Of a stretch of 64,000 nucleotides of DNA, positions 23,714 to 31,559 are shown piece after piece. The notes under the pieces were generated by a model that ran no database searches, was not told the DNA's origin, and saw nothing but the letters and a program-made list of their open reading frames with translations. The DNA is taken from NCBI GenBank assembly GCA_965219415.1, contig OZ244742.1, positions 640,001-704,000 on the forward strand, given 5' to 3'. The DNA comes from Candidatus Marinacidobacterales bacterium. Lineage in GTDB: Bacteria; Acidobacteriota; Vicinamibacteria; Marinacidobacterales; DATDRI01. The position numbers and the translations under genes are program-made. Each line of letters starts with the position of its first letter. The first letter of the stretch is position 1.

Positions 23714-24320
23714 CGTCAGGATCCCTCGTTTCTCGCTAGGCGAGAGGGTCGCCCACTGGACCACCGCTCTGAGCTTCCTCTATCTCGCTCTCACGGGCCT
23801 GGCGCTATGGACGCCTCATCTTTACTGGTTAGCCGTCGTCTTCGGAGGCGGAGAAGCCATCCGATGGGGGCATCCTTGGGCGGGTGTCCTTTTCGTCACC
23901 TCTCTGGCCACGATGTTCGTCAATTGGTCACGCCAGATGAGGCTCGATAAAGACGACAAGATGTGGCTCAAGAAAATGCGGCAGTACATCGAGCACGATG
24001 AATCGGACCTGCCGGAGCCAGGTCGGTTCAACGCGGGCCAAAAGATGCTCTTTTGGGTCCAGACTTCCGCCGCCGTTCTGCTACTTGCTAGCGGCCTCGT
24101 ACTTTGGTTTCCAGAACAAACGTCCCGATCGCTGAGGCTCGCGGCCATACTCATCCATCCTGCCACCGCCGTCATCTCCATCAGCGGCATCATCGTTCAC
24201 ATCTATATGGCGACTGCCGCCGTTCCGGAGGCTTTTCGCGGCATGATTCAGGGCTGGGTACGACCCGGCTGGGCCGCCTCCCACCACCCCAAGTGGTATC
24301 GGGAGATCTCGAAGCGCTGA
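23694..24320 (+). CDS. fdnI: Formate dehydrogenase gamma (cytochrome b556) subunit
   Basis: ERVAHW, GRFNAGQK, HIYMA and HHPKWY; four TM segments. Confidence 0.92.
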   Translation: MSPPQSDVRIPRFSLGERVAHWTTALSFLYLALTGLALWTPHLYWLAVVFGGGEAIRWGHPWAGVLFVTSLATMFVNWSRQMRLDKDDKMWLKKMRQYIEHDESDLPEPGRFNAGQKMLFWVQTSAAVLLLASGLVLWFPEQTSRSLRLAAILIHPATAVISISGIIVHIYMATAAVPEAFRGMIQGWVRPGWAASHHPKWYREISKR

Positions 24321-25024
24321 CCGATTTCTCCGAACGCGCGAAGAGAGCGCGCCTTCTAGCCGCACGCTTCCCTGCCGCTCGGGGAGCCCTCGAGTTCGTG
24401 GCCGAGCTGAGTGCTTTCCAGCAAACGGTCGACCCTGAGTCGCCGGCTGACTCACGAGACGGGCTGGTTCGGTTGGTTCGGCGGAGCGGCCCACCCCCGC
24501 TCAGGGAAGAAGCCGAGAGATTGGACCAAGCGAGCTGCGCGAAGGCCATACAAAACTATCTCGATCGGCGCGACCTGAGCTCTCCGCGCAGTTTTTTCGC
24601 ACGTGTGCTGCTGCAGCCCCGTTGGTTAGCAGCGACACCGTCTTCCAAAACGCCGGTTGTCGCGTCGCGGTCCTGCCCTCGATGTGGACATCCTCCACAA
24701 GTCGCATGTCTCAGACCAGAAGGTCATGGATCGGCGCTTTCGCTAGTCTGTTCGTTGTGCCTTGGAGAATGGACTTTTCCTCGCGGCGTATGTCCGGGGT
24801 GCGGTGTCGCCGATGATAAGAAGCTCGCTTATTACTCCGCCGAGGAGATTGGCCACATCCGTGTTCAGGTCTGCGACTCCTGCAAGACCTACATCCATAC
24901 CGTCGACCTCGCTAAGGATGCGGAAGCGATCCCAGATATTGACGAGATCGCCGCCTTGCCGCTCGACGTCTGGGCGCACGAAAAGGATTGTCAGAAAGTT
25001 CACGCTAATCTGGTAGGCATATAG
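24317..25024 (+). CDS. fdhE: Formate dehydrogenase maturation protein FdhE
   Basis: CPRCG, CSLC, CPGCG, CDSCKTY and DEIAALPLD; probable CTG start overlapping the fdnI stop (CTGA). Confidence 0.85.
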   Translation: MTDFSERAKRARLLAARFPAARGALEFVAELSAFQQTVDPESPADSRDGLVRLVRRSGPPPLREEAERLDQASCAKAIQNYLDRRDLSSPRSFFARVLLQPRWLAATPSSKTPVVASRSCPRCGHPPQVACLRPEGHGSALSLVCSLCLGEWTFPRGVCPGCGVADDKKLAYYSAEEIGHIRVQVCDSCKTYIHTVDLAKDAEAIPDIDEIAALPLDVWAHEKDCQKVHANLVGI

Positions 25025-25110
25025 CATCCTCTCGTCCGGACGAGCAAGGCCGCCGGCTGAGGCCGGCCCTATCAGGCGAGAAACTACCTGAGCTGATAAA
25101 AGGGTTGTCG

Positions 25111-25290
25111 GTGAAGGCCCCGGCAGCTAAACCCCGTAGCACCACTGGTGCACTAATGCCCCAGGACGAGCTTGGGTCCGATCCGGCTCCCTATCATTGG
25201 CGAGGCTTTGAACGGAAGCACTCCCCAGGGTCAGAATCCTAACAATCGCCATCTCGGGCCGGAGCCTTCACTCACAAAAATACATGTGAG
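25111..25290 (+). ncRNA. Candidate IS110 bridge/seek RNA
   Basis: Closing stem GTGAAGGC/GCCTTCAC encloses two stem-internal-loop arms; position matches the IS110 left-end noncoding region. Confidence 0.55.
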
Positions 25291-25297
25291 GTCAGTG

Positions 25298-26686
25298 ATG
25301 CACAAGCGCGTGAAAAAGAGTGGTAGGAAGTCGAAGAATCTGTCGCCGCAATCGCTGCCGGTGACAAGGTCGAAGGTAGCAGGCATCGATATTGGCAGTC
25401 GTGAGCATTGGGTATGTGGGCCGGCCTTGTCGGACGGTAAAGTGAACGTGCGGGTGTTTTCCCCAACGACACCGTCTTTGAATCAAATGGGGGATTGGCT
25501 CATCGAGCAAGGAGTCGAATCGGTTGCGATGGAAAGCACCTACGTCTATTGGATTCCGATTTATGAGTTGCTTGAATCGCGGGGTCTTGAAGTGGTGCTG
25601 GTAAATGCTCGACAGTTAAAAAACGTCCCCGGGCGTAAAACCGATATGCATGACTGTCAGTGGCTGCAGCTGTTACACAGCTGTGGTCTGTTGCGAGGCT
25701 CGTTTCGTCCTGGTGAGTCGATCTGCCGCCTACGCTCGCTTCACCGACAGCGTTGCAGCCTCATCGAGCAGTGTAGTCGAGCTATTCAATGGATACAGAA
25801 ATCTCTGGACCAAATGAACGTTCAGGTCCATCGTGCAGTGACCGACATTACCGGCGTCACAGGCATGCTCATCGTGCGCGCCATCGTTGATGGTGAGCGT
25901 GACCCGTCAAAGCTGGCTGCATTTCGTGACCAACGCTGCAAGAAGAGCGAAGAGGAGATCGCCGAGCATCTTACCGGCACTTGGCGTGACGAGCATCTTT
26001 TCAACCTCGCATCGGCTCTGCGTCTCTACGATGCGCTACAAGCCGAAGTCGAACTGTTCGACCAGCGTATCCTTGAAGTGCTCATCGAACTCCAGCCGCC
26101 ACAACGCAGACACCACAACGTGCCAGCTCATCCAAATCCGCAAAAACGATACGACATGCAGCATCGGGGCGAGAGCGAACTGCGCAACGAGCTGTGGCGT
26201 TTTGCTGGATGCGACCTCACCAGGATCGACGGAATCAGTCCAACCACCGCCGCCATTGTCCTCACCGAGATCGGATTCGACCTCTCTGATTTCCCTTTCG
26301 AAAAATTCTTCGTCTCATGGCTACATCTCGCCCCACGTCGCCCTATCTCCGGCGGTAAACAACTCTCCAAACGCCGCAACGGCACCGGCTCCAATCGCAT
26401 CGCCGGTGCCTTACGTATGGCCGCTGTATCTCTCTCCCGCTCCAAGACCGCCCTAGGCGCTTACTATCGCCGCACTGCTCGCCGTAAAGATGGCAAAACC
26501 GCCGTCTTTGCTACAGCACGCAAGCTCGCCCAGCTCGTCTTCCGCATGCTCAAATATGGCCACGATTACATCGATATCGGCGAACGCGCCTTCGAAGACC
26601 GTTTTCGCCAAAACCACATCAACGGTTTACAAAAGGCAGCCGAAGCTCTCGGATACACCCTCACTCCCCAGGCTTCCGGAGGGTAG
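25298..26686 (+). CDS. IS110-family DEDD recombinase/transposase
   Basis: AGIDIG, VAMEST, PGRKTDMHD (DEDD), IDGIS, ISGGK (catalytic Ser region) and ATARKLA. Confidence 0.93.
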   Translation: MHKRVKKSGRKSKNLSPQSLPVTRSKVAGIDIGSREHWVCGPALSDGKVNVRVFSPTTPSLNQMGDWLIEQGVESVAMESTYVYWIPIYELLESRGLEVVLVNARQLKNVPGRKTDMHDCQWLQLLHSCGLLRGSFRPGESICRLRSLHRQRCSLIEQCSRAIQWIQKSLDQMNVQVHRAVTDITGVTGMLIVRAIVDGERDPSKLAAFRDQRCKKSEEEIAEHLTGTWRDEHLFNLASALRLYDALQAEVELFDQRILEVLIELQPPQRRHHNVPAHPNPQKRYDMQHRGESELRNELWRFAGCDLTRIDGISPTTAAIVLTEIGFDLSDFPFEKFFVSWLHLAPRRPISGGKQLSKRRNGTGSNRIAGALRMAAVSLSRSKTALGAYYRRTARRKDGKTAVFATARKLAQLVFRMLKYGHDYIDIGERAFEDRFRQNHINGLQKAAEALGYTLTPQASGG

Positions 26687-26711
26687 TTTCGGGTCAGGTG
26701 CGACTCTAGGG

Positions 26712-27478
26712 CTACCGAATATCGGTCAAATTCGGTGCTGGCGGATTGGGGTACTTTAGGAGCGACTCCTTGTACTGGTTGAACATCGAAGCAGATCCAA
26801 AAGAGCAGGTCAACGTCGCCCACTTGAACGGTTGGGTGGTCGCCCCGTACCTTCAGCTGGTTCGTCATCGTTCCGGGGACGGAAAACAAGTTGCAGCGAG
26901 ATGAGGTGACACTCGGCGAGATGTTCGACCACGCTGGCTACAACACCACCTACATCGGCAAGTGGCACCTCGACGCAGACGAAGACAGCCAGCCCTAAAA
27001 CCAGGGGTTCGAGCAGTGGCTCGTCGGGTTCTCCGGGACCACGGACGTGGTGCTGTACTCCACGAAGATGGCGGAGTTGGGTGCTCCGAAGACGCTGCGG
27101 GACTCGCTGCAGTACTCGATCATCGAGGCGAGGGGACGGCACGAAATGTTGAAGGTGCGTCCCTACGACCTGGAGTAGCGAGAGACCAAGGCGGATGGAG
27201 TAGCGGCCGGTCATCAGCCCGGCGCGGCTCGGTGTGCAGCCCGGCTCGACGAGGAACTAGGTGAAGCGCATCCCCTCCGCCGCGAGTTGGTCGATTCGCG
27301 GGGTTCGCATATCACCGCGGGTGCCTCCGTTGTAGGACGATACATCGCCGTAGCCGAGGTTATCGGCAAGCATGAGGACGACGTTGGGTTTGTCCTTCTG
27401 CGCCGACGCCGGCGCAAGATTCAGGAGGAGTATGGTCGCGGTGACGGCAAGAAATCTCGTCGACTCTCGCATGTCCAT
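26712..27478 (-). pseudogene. Arylsulfatase remnant with nonsense codons, a large deletion and two inverted segments
   Basis: KPNVVLMLADNLGYGD...FT*FLVEPGCTPSR (CxPxR) on the minus strand; GKWHL segment on the plus strand; C-terminal YPNPPAPNL on the minus strand. Confidence 0.8.
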
Positions 27479-27489
27479 GTTTTCAACCC

Positions 27490-28322
27490 TCACTCTCTCG
27501 ACACGAGCAGGATCTCCCGGTCGCCAAGGGACTGGATCGGACGGTTGTTGCGATGGAGATGCGATGTGAGTGCCGCCATCTGCTCCGGCGAGATTTGGTG
27601 CTTCTCAGCAGCCACAATCCATTCCACGCTCTCGGAGCAGGGCGGCGTAGTGAGTGAACCCCGGTAGCGGTAATAGCTTCCGGGTGGCGGCTGAAGCTCG
27701 GTGATGTCGATCCGCGAGGCTTCGAAGTGACGCGTGTCGCCGGAGCCCGACGGCAAGGCATCGATCAACGAATCCCAGGCTGGGTCGTGCTTGCCCTCCT
27801 CGACCAGCGAACCGATGACCGCCAGCTTGCCGTCCGCGGACTTATGGACCACGTGCACTTCGAGCGGCGCATGCTCGCCGTTGATCGTGTGCTCGGAAGG
27901 AGCGTGGAAATGATACTGGACGAGCTGGTAGTGCTCGTCATCGAGGTCTTAGCGTTGCGGGAACGTCGCTCATTACCTGGATTGTGTGGCCGTTATCGAT
28001 GAGGTCCAAGACCTGGGCCCGCTGCTGGAGCGTGATCACCTCTTGGCCTAGCCTCCGCGCGAGCGCGGCGCCTTCGACTGCCCTCGCCCCCACGAGGTCA
28101 ATCGGCGATTGCTCGGCCCCTTCCCCGCACGCGTTGAATTCGGGGCTCAGGTCTGCCCAGTGTGGGGGGCTACTCTCCCCACTCGTACCCCCGGTGAATT
28201 TCATGCGGTTCCGCGTCGTGGTTTGCCGCCTGCTCGTGCGCACCCTGGCCACAGGCGGCGAGAGCCACGAGACCCAAGCAAAGCCACAAACCGCTCTTTA
28301 CAGATCCTTCGACATCTCTCAT
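27490..28322 (-). pseudogene. Alpha-class carbonic anhydrase lipoprotein, frameshifted
   Basis: Lipobox LAAC; QSPID, NGHT, QYHFHAPSEH...EVHVVH, YRGSLTTPPCSE and NNRPIQ. Confidence 0.85.
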
Positions 28323-28349
28323 CTTCTCTTCATCCTCAAGCTAGCACTA

Positions 28350-28583
28350 TCAGCGTTGGAACATCGTCAGCTCCCAGGCATCCGTCACCTCGTTGTGCTG
28401 CAAGATGTAAACAGCGCCGTCGTTACCCCTTAACTTGAAATAGGAGTGATCGGGAGCGAGCCAACGATCGACAACCTCCACCACCTCGACCTCACGCTCA
28501 CCGAGGAAGAACCTCCTCGGCGTCTCCTCTCCACGATGCCCCGCGTAACACTCGACACGGACCGCTAAGTCGGGTTCGCTCAT
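28350..28583 (-). CDS. Small conserved hypothetical protein
   Basis: VECYAGHRGEETPRRF...VDRW.APDHSYFK...WEL is a recognisable small-protein family pattern. Confidence 0.7.
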   Translation of the reverse strand: MSEPDLAVRVECYAGHRGEETPRRFFLGEREVEVVEVVDRWLAPDHSYFKLRGNDGAVYILQHNEVTDAWELTMFQR

Positions 28584-28606
28584 TTCCCGGTCAGGCTATC
28601 AGGCTG

Positions 28607-30613
28607 TCAGGCGCGCTTAATCAATATTCCCGTGCGATCATCCGCCGCCGGCGCCCCGTGCGTGAACTCCTCGACGGCTTCTCGGATGTGCCGCATGATC
28701 TCCGACGCTGCGGCTTTTTTGTGTTTCCGTATCAATTCCAAGGTGCGCTCGACATCGAACTCTTCATCGTTGGGGTCGGTCGACTCATAGATGCCGTCCG
28801 AGAAAACCACGTAGATGTCTCCTGGTTCCATCTCCCACTTCACCGGTGTGGTGCCGGTGAGGGCAGGCATCAGACCCAACGGAATCGAGTCCGCCTCGGT
28901 CACGCTAAACTCGTCGCTGGCGGCGCGATAGTGAACGAGTGGTCCTTGTCCCGCGCTAAAGGTGGTCAAGGACTTGGAGTTTGGATCGAGGGCACCTAGC
29001 CAGGCAGTGATGAAGCGGCCAGGAGGCAGGTCTTGGCATAACTGTTCGTTCATTAGCCCTGCGATCGCGACGAGATCGCGGGACATCCGCACCGCCACGC
29101 GCAGCATCGCCCGCACTTGCGTCACCGATAGCGCGGGACCGATACCATGACCGGTCGCGTCGGCGAGGAGCAGCACCGCGCGACTCGCTTGTCCTTCGGT
29201 CAAGATAATCTCATCACTCAGTGCAGCGCCGCCCATTCCAATGACATCGTAGGTGTCGCCGCCGGTCTCGTCGGCCGGTTCACTCCACGCGTCGAGGTCG
29301 AAACCCGGCAGAAGCGGAAGAGTCGTCGGGAAGGTGTTTTGCTGGATACGCCGAGCCAGTCTCAGATCGTCTTCGATCTTGAGCAATGACTGGAGCCCCT
29401 TGCGCATGGTGTCGTGGGATTTAGCCAGCCGATGGACTTCACGAACCGGAGTCACGATCGGTTCGCCTGGCTCGAGATCGCCCCGGCTCATACGCTCGCT
29501 TTCGTGGACCAGTGCCTCGATCGGTTCGCTGTAGCGATTCGCCAGCACGACCACTCGAGCAATGCCTAAGGCGAGCATGAAAAGCGTTATCGCCACGATT
29601 CCCATCCGTTGTTTCTGCACTTCACCGACCAAATCCGCCTCCGGCACAGCCACACCTATGAGCAACCGTCGTCCGCCACCGAGCTCGAAAGGACGAACTT
29701 GGCCCCACCATGCTTCCCCATCGCTGACGACGCGTACCGCCTGACCCCTCTGATCCTGCGGGGCGTCCAGAGCCTCCGATAGATCCCGCGCCACGGGTGT
29801 GTCGAGCTCGGCCGGCCTCTTGAGCAGGTCCTCTTCGAAATCCTCGGCGTCGTCATAGCGCCCACCGCCGGGGAGCCCGATGAGGCGTCCGTCCTCGCTC
29901 AGCACGAAGGCGCGTCCGCCCGTCAGCACATCGATCTTGGTGGTGAAGCGCGAGATGTCAGTAAGCAACACGTCAAGAGCCACGACGCGAAGCTCGTCCT
30001 CTCCCTGCGGGAACGCTAACGATGTCGTGATGCCCGGCTCTTTGGTGGTGAAGAAAGTGTAGGGCTCGGTCCAATGTATGTTGCCGCGCTGACTGGCCGC
30101 TCCTTGAAACCAGGGTCTCTCTCGAGGATCGTAATCGAGCAGCTCCTCTGAGATCGCCGGCTCGGTGTCGGCGGTCCAGCGTCGCCAGTGTGCCTGCCCA
30201 CCCGATGTGCCGACGCGGACTTGTCGGCCGATCCAAAGATCACCGACGCGTAGCAGCATATTCTCGCGACCCGCATCATTGGCCACCATAGCCGAGGTGA
30301 CCCAGGGATACTGCCGCATCATCGGTTCCAGCAGCTGATCGATGGCGGCGGGGTTGTCGAGATCGAGCAAACCGGCCTCACTCCACTGCCGAAGATAGAA
30401 GAGCTGCTGCGTCACCGGATCGAAGAACCCGTCGAGCTGCGCGTCGACGCGTTCGACCGTCTGCTCGATGAGCGACTGTGAGAACCGGCGCACCGCCCGT
30501 TGGCTCCCCATGTAAGTGAGGGCGAGGATCGCTCCCCCGAGCAAGAGCACGATCAGCACGAGATTGCCGAGCAAACTACGCCGGATGGGAACGGTACGAG
30601 CCATATTCCGCAT
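28607..30613 (-). CDS. Cache-HAMP-SpoIIE (PP2C-type) sensor phosphatase
   Basis: TM, YDPRERPWF/WTEPY Cache domain, TM, HAMP, then GGDTYD, ADATGHG, FSDGI and DDRT. Confidence 0.9.
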   Translation of the reverse strand: MRNMARTVPIRRSLLGNLVLIVLLLGGAILALTYMGSQRAVRRFSQSLIEQTVERVDAQLDGFFDPVTQQLFYLRQWSEAGLLDLDNPAAIDQLLEPMMRQYPWVTSAMVANDAGRENMLLRVGDLWIGRQVRVGTSGGQAHWRRWTADTEPAISEELLDYDPRERPWFQGAASQRGNIHWTEPYTFFTTKEPGITTSLAFPQGEDELRVVALDVLLTDISRFTTKIDVLTGGRAFVLSEDGRLIGLPGGGRYDDAEDFEEDLLKRPAELDTPVARDLSEALDAPQDQRGQAVRVVSDGEAWWGQVRPFELGGGRRLLIGVAVPEADLVGEVQKQRMGIVAITLFMLALGIARVVVLANRYSEPIEALVHESERMSRGDLEPGEPIVTPVREVHRLAKSHDTMRKGLQSLLKIEDDLRLARRIQQNTFPTTLPLLPGFDLDAWSEPADETGGDTYDVIGMGGAALSDEIILTEGQASRAVLLLADATGHGIGPALSVTQVRAMLRVAVRMSRDLVAIAGLMNEQLCQDLPPGRFITAWLGALDPNSKSLTTFSAGQGPLVHYRAASDEFSVTEADSIPLGLMPALTGTTPVKWEMEPGDIYVVFSDGIYESTDPNDEEFDVERTLELIRKHKKAAASEIMRHIREAVEEFTHGAPAADDRTGILIKRA

Positions 30614-30719
30614 GGAGTCTAATGGAGTCTAATAGAAGGGCGGGTGACTTCATAGGCCTTCCTTGAATCCCGACCGCTTTGAGCATAGATTTACCTCCAA
30701 AGCGTTGATTTCGCGAGAT

Positions 30720-31559
30720 ATGACAAGTTATCTGCAGCCCACTGAACTATCCCAAGCCCTCGAGGCGTTGAGCGCCGAAAAGCGCTTGATCATTGCCGGC
30801 GGAACCGATTTCTATCCCGCACGCGTCGGCAAACCGCTGGATGAGAACGTCCTCGATATCACTGCGATCTCGGCGCTCCGAGCAATAGAGGAGAGGGACG
30901 AGCGTTACTACCTGGGCTCCCTCACCACCTGGACCGACCTCCTGCGAAAGCCCCTTCCCCCTTGGTTCGATGGCCTCAAACTCGCGGCGCGTGAGATCGG
31001 CGGCGTTCAAATCCAGAATGCAGGCACCATCTGCGGCAACATCTGCAATGCTTCTCCGGCGGCCGATGGCGTTCCCAACCTCATGACGCTCGAAGCCGAA
31101 GTCCAGATCGCTTCGGCTCGGGGCGAACGCTCCGTACCGATCGAAGCCTTCATTACCGGCAATCGCGGGACGGTGCTCGAACCACACGAGCTCGTCACCG
31201 GCCTGACGATTCCGACACCGACACGACCCGCGCGGGCGCACTTTCTCAAGCTGGGCACTCGCAAGTATCTCGTCATCTCGAGCGTCATGGTCTCCGCGGT
31301 GGTTGAGATCGAGTCGGAAGCGGTGGCCGCCGCCCGCATTGCCGTCGGTTCGTGCTCCGTGGTGGCCCGAAGACTGGGGGAGCTCGAGCGCGAGCTGGTA
31401 GGCCGAGCACTCGATGCGACGTTCGGCGAAATTGTTCGTGCCGATCACCTGTCTTCACTATCCCCCATCGACGACGTGCGCGCGACCGCTGCATACCGAA
31501 ACGACGCGGCGCTTACTCTCGTTCGACGAACTCTCAACGAGCTCGGGGACGCTCGATGA
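30720..31559 (+). CDS. Xanthine/nicotinate dehydrogenase-family FAD subunit
   Basis: AGGTD, QIQNAGTICGNICNASPAAD and PIDDVRATAAYR. Confidence 0.88.
   Translation: MTSYLQPTELSQALEALSAEKRLIIAGGTDFYPARVGKPLDENVLDITAISALRAIEERDERYYLGSLTTWTDLLRKPLPPWFDGLKLAAREIGGVQIQNAGTICGNICNASPAADGVPNLMTLEAEVQIASARGERSVPIEAFITGNRGTVLEPHELVTGLTIPTPTRPARAHFLKLGTRKYLVISSVMVSAVVEIESEAVAAARIAVGSCSVVARRLGELERELVGRALDATFGEIVRADHLSSLSPIDDVRATAAYRNDAALTLVRRTLNELGDAR

Larger units (their letters stand above)
25086..26699 (+). mobile_element. IS110-family element; exact ends uncertain
   Basis: Recombinase plus ~210-nt noncoding left end; imperfect subterminal IR ACCTGAGCTGATA (25086-25098) / TTTCGGGTCAGGT (26687-26699); lower GC than the flanks; no clear TSD. 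Confidence 0.8.
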
